Part shown: positions 27,040-40,749 of the stretch, piece after piece
Position numbering within the stretch: position 1 is the first letter of the stretch
How the letters are laid out: every line of letters starts with the position of its first letter
NCBI GenBank assembly: GCA_002269645.1
Contig: NIVC01003045.1
Span: forward strand, 1 to 64,000
DNA: 64,000 nt
Origin: Macrostomum lignano
Lineage: Eukaryota
Direction of reading: 5' to 3'
Made by a program: the position numbers and the translations under genes
The notes under the pieces: generated by a model
Database searches by the model: none
Seen by the model: only the letters and a program-made list of their open reading frames with translations
What the model was told of the DNA's origin: nothing

Positions 27040-28045
27040 AACACAGGGATGTGATTGCGGTATGTGCATGTGAACACAGGGATGTGATTGCGGTATGTGT
27101 ATATGAACACAGGGATGTGATTGCGGTATGTGCATGTGAACACAGGGATGTGAGTGCGGTATGTGCATGTGAACACAGGGATGTGATTGCGGTATGTGTA
27201 TATGAACACAGGGATGTGATTGCGGCATCTGCATGTGAACACAGGGATGTGAGTGCGGCATCTGCATGTGAACACAGGGATGTGATTGCGGCATCTGCAT
27301 GTGAACATAGGGATGTACAGGGATGTGATTGCGGCATCTGCATGTGAACACAGGGATGTGAGTGCGGCATCTGCATGTGAACACAGGGATGTGATTGCGG
27401 CATCTGCATGTGAACATAGGGATGTACAGGGATGTGATTGCGGCATCTGCATGTGAACACAGGGATGTGATTGCGGCATGTGCATGTGAACACAGGGATG
27501 TGAGTGCGGCATCTGCATGTGAACACAGGGATGTGAGTGCGGCATCTGCATGTGAACACAGGGATGTGATTGCGGCATCTGCATGTGAACATAGGGATGT
27601 ACAGGGATGTGATTGCGGCATCTGCATGTGAACACAGGGATGTGATTGCGGCATGTGCATGTGAACACAGGGATGTGAGTGCGGCATCTGCATGTGAACA
27701 CAGGGATGTGAGTGCGGCATCTGCATGTGAACACAGGGATGTGATTGCGGCATCTGCATGTGAACATAGGGATGTGATTGCGGCATCTGCATGTGAACAC
27801 AGGGATGTGATTGCGGCATCTGCATGTGAACACAGGGATGTGATTGCGGTATGTGCATGTGAACACAGGGATGTGATTGCGGCATCTGCATGTGAACATA
27901 GGGATATGAGTGCGGCATGTGCATGTGAACACAGGGATGTGATTGCGGCATCTGCATGTGAACATAGGGATGTACAGGGATGTGATTGCGGCATCTGCAT
28001 GTGAACATAGGGATGTACAGGGATGTGCTTGCGGCATCTGCATGT
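27040..28045. repeat. 33-bp minisatellite
   Basis: Unit catgtgaacacagggatgtgattgcggcatctg. Confidence 0.95.
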
Positions 28046-28644
28046 TATTATGTACATACTAAATAAATTATGTGAACGCATAATAGATGCAATATGTGAA
28101 CAGGTGAACGCAGAAGCTTGAACTGATGCCTTGGTGGGTTGGTAGAACTTAAAAGAAAAATTCACTCGATGGAACAGTTCATTAAAATGTGAGCATGCAG
28201 GTGAATTTTGGCGCAAAAAATGTAGCCAATCCACTCTGTTTGGCTCTCTAACATAACTTTAAAATCAGGCCATGCTACTCGAACGCAGTCCTTTCCTTCG
28301 CCTGCGATTATAACTTTTCTGCTCTCATGGAATTTTTTTCGGGAATGTTGCTTTTCATCTCAAGCGCTCTGCAATAACGTTAACAGTTTCAAAATTATGC
28401 AGAAACAACAGCAACAGGTGTAAAAGGCGCTCCTGCTGGGAGCTTCTGCAGCTACGGCAATCTTTTGCTGGCTTTGTGTAGCGAAATTGCTGGGAGAGAC
28501 GGAGTGGAAGGCGAGAAGGAACCGAGAACCGCAGTCTGCTTTAATTAAGATCTGTAGCAAATCAGTACTCCCTGTGGTTCTCACTCTGTCCTGACACTGG
28601 AGCGGCTGCAAATTATATCCACATTATGCTAATGCTGCCTCCCA

Positions 28645-29039
<395 letters not shown>

Positions 29040-31072
29040 AATCATGCAGTAGAGCTGCAATGGAGGACATAACTCAGTTAAGTATTTTTGTAACCAACGG
29101 GGACTTGTCGATGTTTGCGTCAGAGGCCCTCAGCGAAGCGTCAGTGAAGTGCGCAGCCCGCGAACCCCCCCCTCCACGCTAGCGCTTCAACATCCACTTG
29201 GGTTGCGAAAGCAGAAAAACGCAAGCTCTGCTTCTGGCTCTTCTACAAGCGGAGGGCTTGCTGGTTGTCTCTCTTTTTCTCTCCCTCTTTCTGTTTGCGC
29301 CATGGCGTCCTATAAAACTTTTACGATCAAACAATAAAACACTCCGCCCTCAACTTCTGCAAATGCTCCGGCTCTCTTCTCTACCCTCGTTCACTCTCTC
29401 TTTCTCTCTGTCTATCTCGCTCCTCTTCATCCGACAAAAGCCTCTCTTCGGTTTGCCCGACTGTTTTGTTTCTTTTCCAACGCGAGAGGGGGCGTCGGCG
29501 GTGCCTTTGACTCGACCTGCCTGCTATCCCCCAACCCCGACTCAGCCCCCTGCTGTTTTATCTGCTTCTGGGAAATGCCCCACCCCACAGACAGACGGGT
29601 TTTTCAACACAGACGCTTTTTCTCTAAGGAAACAAGAATCAAAGATCGGTTTCTCAAGCTGCATTATCAATATGCCAATTGGCTGCAGATATCTGTATAT
29701 CTGCAGATCTAGCGCAGCAATCCAGTGAGGATTTACCATAGACATGCGTGATTATCATCAAGACTACCAATACTAATAGGCTGCAGGGCGATGAAACTAG
29801 ATAAAAACGTCGAGACACGTCGAAACGTTGAGTTTTTTGTCTATGGCTGAGAGTGTCTGACCTAAAACCTCACTTGCTGAGAATGTCTTATGGTAAAAAC
29901 AGAGAAATCCACACATTTGAATCCACGTGCTGTGTGCTTATGTAAAGACAAAAGACACGAGAGGAGATATGAGAGAGAGAAGACAGAAAAGAAAGGGAGC
30001 TGAGAAGAGACACAAGCCATATTGTCTATGGTAAACCCTCGCTCTGGTGCTATGCTAACTACAGTATAGGTTATGTAAAGCATGTCTCAGTATTGGTATA
30101 ATTAGTTGAATTAGTTGATAAACTATACATTCAATCAATGGAATTCTAGCCATAGACACCCACCAAATGGGTGGCCACACTGTTATGTGACTTCGGCATA
30201 AATGTCTATGGTTCAATGCCTAGTCTATAACATGGCATGGATACCCGCTGGCATATTGTGTTTTACTCATTTTATTTCTTCCTCCATAACCTATGCAATC
30301 AGATTTGGCTATCTATACGATATTGTTTTTTTGTTGTCTTTTTGTCTGGTTTCCTTAATGCTGAAAATGCAATGGTTGCGGTTACACTGTACTCTGCAGG
30401 CTGTTGAAGGTCACTCAGACTGTGCAGCCAGCGCCCCCCCCACCCCAGCTTGGCTCACTGATTTCACTTCAAAGGGACGCCGCCGCCCTGTTTGTAGGCA
30501 GGATTAACAAAGATGCCTTTGGCGCGCTGTTGGGATAGCAGCCGCAGGAGGCATATAAATTCTGCGCTAAAATCTCTGGGTAAAGGGGGTGCGGGGTGTT
30601 CAGGTGCAGGCGCAAACTTCTGCGGCGATATTGCAACTAAACTTACCCCCCCCCTCTATGTAGCGCGGCTATCTGCAATACAGTAATTGTTATTAACGCA
30701 AATTTTACTTTCCCTGTGCAACTTAACATAAGCTTAAAAAATACACTAAACCTGCGGAATTCAATGGAATGCTTTCAACTAATATTTAGCGACGCAATTT
30801 TCTTGAATTTTTGGAAGCAGTTTGTTAAATCTTAATCTGTAGCCACGCAGGCTTACCTTGGAATTTGAGTATTCGTTTGAAAATAATTACTTTATGCAAG
30901 ATATTTCAGTGAGTGAGTGAATCGCTGCCCCCTGGAAGAATCGATACAAAAAAGAGCTAGTTGCTACTAGCAGTAACAATGCTTGAAGTTAGAATATAAC
31001 CGCTTTCGTATGTCTGCGTTTTAACAAACCTTAGCTCAGGTCAGCTCAGGAGTTTGACGCATGAGGGTAGGC

Positions 31073-31290
31073 AGACGGTACAGGATGGTAAAAATGGTAC
31101 AGGATGAATTATAGGTTAGTACAGGATGGTAAAAACGGTACAGGATGAAATATAGGTTAGTACAGGATGGTAAAAACGGTACAGGATGAAATATAGATTA
31201 GTACAGGATGGTAAAAATGGTACAGGATGAAATATAGGTTAGTACAGGATGGTAAAAACGGTACAGGATGAAATATATATTAGTACAGGG
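31073..31290. repeat. ~41-bp tandem repeat (~5 units)
   Basis: Unit tacaggatggtaaaaacggtacaggatgaaatataggttag. Confidence 0.9.
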
Positions 31291-31592
31291 TGAAATATTG
31301 ATTGATAAACGATGGAAAGGACGCTGCAATAAATGGTCAAAGAAATTTTACTTTCGTCGCCCACTTTTATATCTGCATGCCTAATTTGCTACTAGTAGTA
31401 ATACTTGCAGATTTCTATTACTATGGAATTCGAACCTAGAAATTTCAGGCCGAATGAGGTCCTTGTCTTCTACGATATATAAGTTCAGAGAGCGTTATTT
31501 GGTAGAGTACGACTGAGTAGAGCCCGTAATCAATTGAGGACGAGTGACTTGTACAAGACTGTACGCAGAAAGCCGAGAGAGGACCAGATTTG

Positions 31593-32215
31593 TACAGGAT
31601 TGTAGAGACATTAGTACAGGATTGTAGAGACATTAGTACAGGATTGTAGAGACATTAGTACAGGATTGTAGAGACATTAGTACAGGATTGTAGAGACATT
31701 AGTACAGGATTGTAGAGACATTAGTACAGGATTGTAGAGCCATTAGTACAGGATTGTAGAGACATTAGTACAGGATTGTAGAGACATTAGTACAGGATTG
31801 TAGAGACATTAGTACAGGATTGTAGAGACATTAGTACAGGATTGTAGATACATTAGTACAGGATTGTAGAGACATTAGTACAGGATTGTAGAGACATTAG
31901 TACAGGATTGTAGAGACATTAGTACAGGATTGTAGAGACATAGGTACAGGATTTTAGAGACCTTGGTACAGGATTTTAGAGACATTGGTACAGGATTTTA
32001 GAGACATTGGTACAGGATTTTAGAGACATTGGTACACGATTTTAGAGTCATTGGTAGAGGATTTTAGAGACATTGGTACACGATTTTAGAGACATTGGTA
32101 CAGGATTTTAGAGACATTGGTACACAATTGTTGACATTGATACAGGGTTTTAGAGACATTGGTATACAATTGTAGAGACATTGGTACAGGGTTGCAGAGA
32201 CATTGGTACGGCATT
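31593..32215. repeat. 22-bp minisatellite
   Basis: Unit gtacaggattgtagagacatta. Confidence 0.95.
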
Positions 32216-32261
32216 GCAGAGGCATTGGGGAAATATATTGCTGTTGCTGGCCATGGCAGGC

Positions 32262-32353
32262 AGGTATTCCTGTAGATACGAGCTTCTGCTTTTGAGGTGT
32301 GAAAACTGATACAGCCATTTCGAAGTCAGCAAAAGCTTGCATGTACAGGACAC
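32262..32353 (-). ncRNA. mir-993: miR-993-like microRNA precursor (miR-10 family); predicted mature 3p GAAGCUCGUAUCUACAGGAAUA at 32286-32265
   Basis: The 3p arm matches recalled insect miR-993-3p (GAAGCUCGUCUCUACAGGUAUCU) at 19 of 22 positions with an intact seed. It pairs with a 5p arm UCCUGUACAUGCAAGCUUUUGC (32350-32329) that ends in GCUUUUG like miR-993-5p. Location upstream of Hox3 fits the known Hox3-Hox4 position. Confidence 0.85.
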
Positions 32354-32789
32354 CCGGACTCTGCTGTTTTCGTTCACCTGACTTTAGTTGCTTGACTTTG
32401 AGTTGCTTTCCAGTTCGAATCGCTTTTGCACCGGCCCTCTTTTAGTCTGTCTGTTTCTCTCTCTTCTGGGCAAGTTGCTTTTATGCCACTTTTATAGCAG
32501 CCCCTTCTCCAAGAATATTTTATGGGTTCCTGCAGCCTCTTAAAACTCGACCCAGTGGGGGGTTACAAGCAACTAGCTAAAAACTCTGAAATTTTATTAT
32601 AACAAATCGTGTCCTTCGAGCATCTGATTCTACATGAAGTTTTGCCGCAATTGCAGCAGTGTATGGCGCGCTTTGACTGCTGAACACTATGGGCTGTCAC
32701 CCGCGGACACCGAGAGCTAGGAGTCTGGCCAGCAGGCAATGGAGCTCTGGTTTGGCTGGAGGGCATTTTTCCACACATCTTTGGGCTCT

Positions 32790-33130
32790 GTGAAATTTCG
32801 GTTTTGTGAGATTTCGGATTTTGAGATTTCGGATTTTAAAGGTTTCGGATTTGTGAAGCTTTGAGTTTGTGAAATTTCGGTTTTGTGAGATTTCGGATTT
32901 GCGAAGTTTTGGGGTTTGTGAACTTTCGGTTTTGTGAGATTTCGGATTTGTGAGATTTCGGTTTTGTGAGATTTCGGATTTGTGAGTTTTCGGATTTGTG
33001 AAATTTCGGTTTTGTGAGATTTCGGATCCGTAAGGTTTCGGATTTGTGAAGTTTTGGGTTTGTTAAATTTCGGTTTCGTGAAATTTCAGAGTTTGTGAAA
33101 TTTCGGGTTTGTGAAATTTCGGGTTTGTGA
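32790..33130. repeat. Degenerate ~17-bp repeat
   Basis: Variants of gagatttcggatttgt. Confidence 0.85.
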
Positions 33131-33544
33131 AACGACGCCCCAAGGAAAATGTCCTAAAATGTGTTTACTAAAATGTAATTTCCAGAAAAAGGCGTTTACT
33201 TACTTACCACTCACTACTTGCCGCTGCTCCATGCGATCTCTGTCAAGCCTGTGGACTAATGGTCTGCATCATACTACAGTGCATATGAGGGTTTGTTCAT
33301 GCAGCAGCTCGAACGCGACTGACAATAGAAGCATTTGAAACTCTACTAGCTATTCTATACTGTAATTTCAACCAATCAACTCTTAGCTGTAGAAGAGATT
33401 GGGGCCAGCGCGAGTTTATTGCGTTTTTTGGCATCCAGGCTGACCAAACCCACTCTTAAAGCTTGAAGTGAAAGGCAACCCGCCGTGGCTGTGAGTTTCA
33501 GTTTGTCGCTCAAAATATCAACTAGAGCGGTTTGTGTAGCTGAA

Positions 33545-33800
33545 ACTTACTACCAAATGACCAAAACTACTACCCAATGACCAAAACTATACCCAATGAC
33601 TATAACAAAACTACTATTCAATGATTAAAGCTACTACCCAATGACCAAAACTACTAACCAATGACCAAAACCTACTACCCAGCGACTAAAACTACTACCC
33701 AATGACTAAAACTACTACCAAATTACCAAAACTACTACCAAATGACCAAAACTACTACCCAATGACCAAAACTACTACCAAATTACCAAAACTACTACCA
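33545..33800. repeat. Degenerate ~20-bp repeat
   Basis: Variants of aaaactactacccaatgacc. Confidence 0.85.
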
Positions 33801-34139
33801 AACGAACAAAGCTCATCCCGAAACGGTGAAGCTACCACACAATGACTCAGTAATTATGTAACCCTTCAACAGTTGACCTGTAGTGCACATAACAAGGCAT
33901 AACAAGGCTTGTCAGAAATAAAATTGAGCAAAGTAAAAATATTTGAGCATTGCTGATAAATGTTTGATTCCACACCAGAGGTGAATGAAGATATACTCAT
34001 GAAAGTATACTACTGTTTTGTTCTACGGTATACTATTATCATGCTGTAGAGTCAGTAGCAAGTACGGGCCATCCAAGTTCAAATTATATGATTTTTAAAT
34101 ACAATATTCGTATTTGAAACATTTAGAATCTCCAACTCG

Positions 34140-35580
34140 TGATCATGTCTGTGTGAATCTAATCGGAGCGGATCATGTCTGTGTGAATCTAATCGGAGCG
34201 GATCATGTCTATGTGAATCTAATCGGAGCGGATCATGTCTATGTGAATCTAATCGGAGCGGATCATGTCTATGTGAATCTAATCGGAGCGGATCATGTCT
34301 ATGTGAATCTAATCGGAGCGGATCATGTCTGTGTGAATCTAATCGGAGCGGATCATGTCTGTGTGAATCTAATAGGCAGCGGATAATGTCTGTGTGAATC
34401 TAATCGGAGCGGATCATGTCTGTGTGAATCTAATCGGAGCGGATCATGTCTGTGTGAATCTAATAGGCAGCGGATAATGTCTGTGTGAATCTAATAGGGA
34501 GCGGATCATGTCTGTGTGAATCTAATCGGAGCGGATCATGTCTGTGTGAATCTAATCGGAGCGGATCATGTCTGTGTGAATCTAATAGGGAGCGGATCAT
34601 GTCTGTGTGAATCTAATAGGGAGCGGATCATGTATCTGTGAATCTATAGGAGCGAATCATGTCTGTGTGAATCTAATAGGCAGCGGATAATGTCTGTGTG
34701 AATCTAATAGGGAGCGGATCATGTCTGTGTGAATCTAATAGGGAGCGGATCATGTATGTGTGAATCTAATAGGGAGCGGATCATGTCTGTGTGAATCTAA
34801 TCGGAGCGGATCATGTCTGTGTGAATCTAATCGGAGCGGATCATGTCTGTGTGAATCTAATAGGGAGCGGATCATGTCTGTGTGAATCTATAGGGAGCGG
34901 ATCATGTATCTGTGTGAATCTATAGGGAGCGGATCATGTCTGTGTGAATCTAATAGGGAGCGGATCATGTCTGTGTGAATCTAATAGGGAGCGGATCATG
35001 TCTGTGTGAATCTAATAGGGAGCGGATCATGTCTGTGTGAATCTAATAGGGAGCGGATCATGTCTGTGTGAATCTAATAGGAGCGAATCATGTCTGTGTG
35101 AATCTAATAGGCAGCGGATAATGTCTGTGTGAATCTAATAGGGAGCGGATCATGTCTGTGTGAATCTATAGGGAGCGGATCATGTCTGTGTGAATCTAAT
35201 AGGAGCGGATCATGTCTGTGTGAATCTAATAGGGAGCGGATCATGTCTGTGTGAATCTATAGGGAGCGGATCATGTCTGTGTGAATCTAATAGGGAGCGG
35301 ATCATGTCTGTGTGAATCTAATAGGGAGCGGATCATGTCTGTGTGAATCTATAGGGAGCGGATCATGTCTGTGTGAATCTAATAGGGAGCGGATCATGTC
35401 TGTGTGAATCTAATAGGGAGCGGATCATGTCTGTGTGAATCTATAGGGAGCGGATCATGTCTGTGTGAATCTATAGGGAGCGGATCATGTCTACGTGAAT
35501 CTATAGGAGCGGATCATGTCTACGTGAATCTATAGGAGCGGATCATGTCTGTGAATCTATAGGGGCGGATCATGTCTGCG
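34140..35580. repeat. 30-31-bp minisatellite (~47 units)
   Basis: Unit gatcatgtctgtgtgaatctaatcggagcg. Confidence 0.95.
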
Positions 35581-36029
35581 TGAGTAAATCTCATTGCAGA
35601 TCATGGGCATGCGTGAGCGTAATTCTGCGAGCGTATTGAAGAATTGTTTTAAATTTTGTTAAACTCAAGTAAAAGATTTTACACTCGTACAACATATCTG
35701 TTGGTAATTTCTTTATAGAATCATAAGAAGATAGCCAGATTAGAAGGATCATCAAGCACTTGTTATTCGAATACATGCCGAGTCAGACTCAATCAATTAG
35801 TCATAAGTACAGCTCGCTGGCGCACAACAGACAGATCGGGCAAAGAAATAGTTTTCCTTTGATGTCTGCCGACGCCAAGGTGCGAGGGGTGTGGGACGGA
35901 GTGCTTATGATGCTCCATATCCATCGATTGCCCTCCAGCAAAAATCGCTTTTTTAGCGTTTGGGTTGGAGTTTTGAATGCTGACTGATGATCCACAGAAT
36001 GGAGGAAGCTGGTTTAGTGACTTTTGCAC

Positions 36030-36955
36030 TCGTTTTATGTAGCACATAGCATTTTACACCCGTTTTATGTAACATGTAGCATTTCACACCCGTTTTATGT
36101 AACATGTAGCATTTCACACCCGTTTTATGTAACATGTAGCATTTCACACACGTTTTATGTAGCATGTAGCATTTTACACCCGTTTTATGTAGCATGTAGC
36201 ATTTCACACCCGTTTTATGTAGCATGTAGCATTTTACACCCGTTTTATGTAACATGTAGCATTTCACACCCGTTTTATGTAACATGTAGCATTTCACACC
36301 CGTTTTATGTAACATGTAGCATTTTACACCCGTTTTATGTAACATGTAGCATTTCACACCCGTTTTATGTAGCATGTAGCATTTCACACCCGTTTTATGT
36401 AGCATGTATCATTTTACACCCGTTTTATGTAACATGTAGCATTTCACACCCGTTTTATGTAGCATGTAGCATTTCACACCCGTTTTATGTAACATGTAGC
36501 ATTTTACACCCGTTTTATGTAACATGTATCATTTTACACCCGTTTTATGTAACATGTAGCATTTCACACCCGTTTTATGTAACATGTAGCATTTCACACC
36601 CGTTTTATGTAACATGTAGCATTTCACACCCGTTTTATGTAGCATGTATCATTTTACACCCGTTTTATGTAGCATGTAGCATTTTACACCCGTTTTATGT
36701 AGCATTTAGCATTTCACACCCGTTTTATGTACATGTAGAATTTTACACCCGTTTTATGTAACATGTAGCATTTTACACCCGTTTTATGTAACATGTAGCA
36801 TTTTACACCCGTTTTATGTAGCATGTAGCATTTCACACCCGTTTTATGTAACATGTAGCATTTTACACCCGTTTTATGTAACATGTAGCATTTCACACCC
36901 GTTTTATGTAGCATGTAGCATTTCACACCCGGTTTATGTACATGTAGAATTTTAC
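36030..36955. repeat. 30-bp minisatellite (~30 units)
   Basis: Unit cgttttatgtaacatgtagcatttcacacc. Confidence 0.95.
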
Positions 36956-37701
36956 TCCGATGTTGCGTAGTTTTTTAGACAAGGCTTATGCAACTTTTAC
37001 GCTCGCTTTGTTAGCTTTTTAAATTTTTACATGATAATGTCGTTCTGTTTTATGTAGGCAAGCATAATTTAAGTCAGTCATTGATGGAGAAAATTTTCCC
37101 AGAAAAAAAACTTGCAAAAGACCATTCCAGGTCCTCAGTTCTCCCTTCCTAAATCCCACTCATTCGTTCGTCCCGTCTCTCTCTGCCATTCTTGATCCTA
37201 ATCTGCTGCTCTCAGATCTCTCCCTCTCTCTCTGTTGTAATTGTCCAAAACAACGTAATCCCATTCGGAATTGGGATTTCCCCACTTTCGCTCAGCAGCA
37301 TAGCCAAGGACTCCTAGAACCAGTGTCTGGTGGCCTCTAATTTTAGATTGATTCAATATCAGGAAACATTTCAAACCTTAAACAATTTAAACATTTTTCA
37401 GACAATAGGAGTCCTCATCCAATACTTGGTCTACGAGATCATTCATTGTCTGCAATTCAGCCTGAAGAGTCAACTATAATCAGTCACCAATCCACTCACA
37501 CACTCGTTAGGAAAGTACGAGTAGCTAAAGTTGATATCGTAAGAGAGTGTAGAAACACAATTGTCTATGGCAAAAACCACAAGCCAGACAGTGCACTCAA
37601 AAGCTGTGCATCTCTCCATTCAGTCATGCTCAAGAGAAATCGGAATTTTCTTTTTTTGTCTATGGCAGACCCCCGCTTGAGAAGAATCAAGTTGCTTTGG
37701 G

Positions 37702-38773
37702 CAGGGGCGTCACCATGGATTTTATGGTGGGGGGGGGGTGACAAAGCCAAGAATTCTATCTGGACATGTACATGACTAAATTCGTACATTTTCATTATTT
37801 TAAGAATTATTTCAGCTCATTTTAGCGCCGCAGGCACTCATTTTAGCGCCGCAGGCACTCATTTTAGCGCCGCAGGCACTCATTTTAGCGCCGCAGGCAC
37901 TCATTTTAGCGCCGCAGGCACTCATTTTAGCGCCGCAGGCACTCATTTTAGCGCCGCAGGCACTCATTTTAGCGCCGCAGGCACTCATTTTAGCGCCGCA
38001 GGCACTCATTTTAGCGCCGCAGGCACTCATTTTAGCACCGCAGGCACTCATTTTGGCGCCGCAGGCACTCATTTTAGCGCCGCAGGCACTCGTTTTAGCG
38101 CCGCAGGCACTCATTTTAGCGCCGCAGGCACTCATTTTGGCGCACTCATTTTAGCACCGCAGGCACTCATTTTAGCACCGCAGGCACTCATTTTAGCGCC
38201 GCAGGCACTCATTTTGGCGCACTCATTTTAGCACCGCAGGCACTCATTTTGGCGCACTCATTTTAGCACCGCAGGCACTCATTTTAGCACCGCAGGCACT
38301 CATTTTAGCGCCGCAGGCACTCATTTTAGCGCCGCAGGCACTCATTTTGGCGCACTCATTTTAGCACCGCAGGCACTCATTTTAGCGCCGCAGGCACTCA
38401 TTTTAGCGCCGCAGGCACTCATTTTAGCGCCTCAGGCACTCATTTTAGCGCCTCAGGCACTCATTTTAGCGCCTCAGGCACTCATTTTAGCGCCTCAGGC
38501 ACTCATTTTAGCGCCTCAGGCACTCATTTTAGCGCCTCAGGCACTCATTTTAGCGCCTCAGGCACTCATTTTAGCGCCTCAGGCACTCATTTTAGCGCCT
38601 CAGGCACTCATTTTGGCGGCGCAGGCGCTATATTTTGTCACCCTGAAGCAAAATTATTGATTTCCATAACGGGTCAAAGTGAGGGTGGGGGGAGCAAAGC
38701 ATGGGCATGTCCCCTCCATAGATTTTACTGGGGGGACATGTCCCCCCTGTCCCCCCTGGTGGAGACACCCCTG
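37702..38773. mobile_element. Non-autonomous hAT-type MITE carrying an internal 21-bp minisatellite
   Basis: TIRs CAGGGGCGTCACCA (37702) and TGGAGACACCCCTG (ending 38773). Flanking 8-mers GCTTTGGG and GCTTTCGG match at 7 of 8 positions; 8-bp TSDs and CAG termini are typical of hAT elements. Confidence 0.75.
37816..38615. repeat. 21-bp minisatellite inside the MITE
   Basis: Unit gcactcattttagcgccgcag. Confidence 0.95.
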
Positions 38774-39434
38774 GCTTTCGGGAATAAGCTTGCACTCCAA
38801 ATGCTGGCGCTAGCACTCCTTGACTTATCTAGCCGCCATACGGAATGGAACTGAGCGGGGGATGGTCCGACACAGAGGGGACCTACCCCTGGGGGGCTTA
38901 AAAGATTGATGGGTTAATGTTAATAATAACGCCAAATATGGGAATACGATTTTGACCTGTCGTCTTTTGAATTCGAATTCTTATAAAATAGTTGAAGCAG
39001 TCTTGGTTTCGAAACTCAAGTCTCAAGGGTCCTGTCTGTCGGTCGGTTGTGGGGTTTTACTTGAGCGGAGTATGAGAAATATGGTTAATGGGAGTGGCGT
39101 GTGTATATATGTAGGAATCTTCAAGGCGACTGAACACGAGGTGAATCCCTGTGAGACAATTGCTATCGTTTTTAAAAATCAATGGCCCTATTTACCTGAC
39201 TGATCTTCTCCCAAAAATAAGGCTGGAAGGAAATGGCAACGGTTGGCGGAGGCATAGCAACCCAACTTCCGCATGGAGGCGCTGGCCAAGCATTGGAGAG
39301 CGGCGTGTCATTAATTATCATTAGCGATTTTGAAAAATGCGACCCTAAGTCGAACGAGAGTGCGCAGGCCTGCTAGATAACCTGGTATATCTGGTTTTGG
39401 AATTTTGCTGCCTTCAAAGGATATAGGAGTACTT

Positions 39435-39672
39435 TTAGATCCAACTGAGGAACAGGGATTTAGGTACACTGATCCCACTGAGGAACGGGGATTTAGGTAC
39501 ACTGATCCAACTGAGGAACGGGGATTTAGGTACACTGATCCCACTGAGGAACGGGGATTTAGGTACACTGATCCCACTGAGGAACGGGGATTTAGGTACA
39601 CTGATCCCACTGAGGAACGGGGATTTAGGTACACTGATCCAACTGAGGAACAGGAATTAAGGTACACTGATC
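39435..39672. repeat. 33-bp tandem repeat (~7 units)
   Basis: Unit tttaggtacactgatcccactgaggaacgggga. Confidence 0.92.
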
Positions 39673-40749
39673 CGGCTGTGAAAGAGGGACAGTAACGGAA
39701 GCATACAATATGAAATTCGTGGTTAATGCATTAATTAGATAAAAATATAATGTTTGCAGCCAGTTTCTAACAAATATCTTATTAGTCGCTGCATTTTTGT
39801 TCAAATGCATATCATGTAATATGCTCATCATATCATATCATGTACTCGTACTTTGGCATTGGCTACCGTCCAGACAGATTTTTCTGTCTGCTTTCTTGGC
39901 TCGTTAATAATAAAAAGAATAAATGAAAGATAGGTAAGGTAGTGAGAGAGAGATTTGTTCTCAAACGCATATCTGCAGAGGCCAGAAATTTGTGGGTAAT
40001 ATTATTCTGCTTACATTGCTATTTAGTGCCATTATAATGTGCTATTCAAGCACTCCAGTCGAGAGAGAGAGAGAGTTAAGTTGCTATACTGACTTTTGCG
40101 CCCTCAAGTGCAGCTCTCCTCAAACCCTCCGGCGGTTCAGGGTCCTCTCGGAGCTTTGATGCTTGCCGCCGGCACTGTTTCCAGACTGCCTGCTAGCTGC
40201 CGTTTCTCTGGCCCGGGGACTTCTGAAAACAGAGGTCCTTGGACGGGCGTAGTTTCCAAATTTCGGGTCTGCTAGTAGTCCATGGCTTAGGCGGCGCCTT
40301 CGTCTGCCTTTCTCTTTCTGCATAGAATGGTGTGGAATCGAGATGGTCGGCCCGGAGTCAAAGGCTCTCCCCCTCTCTCTCTGGGCTCCTGCGCCACCTG
40401 CGGCAGCAGCTAGCAGCAAAAAAAAACTTAGAAAAAATCCAGTCAAAAAAAGAAACCAAACCCCTCTCATTGCGCACTAGAAATGTTATAAGCCATAGCG
40501 CCTACAGTGGGCGGTACACGCAATTGTAGCGGGTTCTCTGCCTGAAACAGAAGCCATAAATTTGCCGCCTGTCTCAGGCTCTGCCACCCCCACCCCCTCC
40601 CTCAGAACCCATTCGGCCGAAACTCTATCTTGGCTATATTGAACAATTAGTTTATGGAGTTAATAATATTCTAACTAAATAAACAGGTATATAGCTGCTA
40701 GCTATTCTGACCGTACTAAATGTCTGCCATGACCTAGTGTCAGAGTGAG

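Noticed and set aside
31593-32353. Idea that the miR-993 hairpin is a by-product of the adjacent TACAGGA-containing repeats
   Set aside because: Only a 7-mer is shared; the hairpin is single-copy and matches a conserved miRNA across its arm, including the seed.
40256-40279. Minus-strand CUACUAGCAGACCCGAAAUUUGG, weakly similar to miR-10-5p
   Set aside because: The seed differs and I could not find a complementary arm on either side to form a hairpin.
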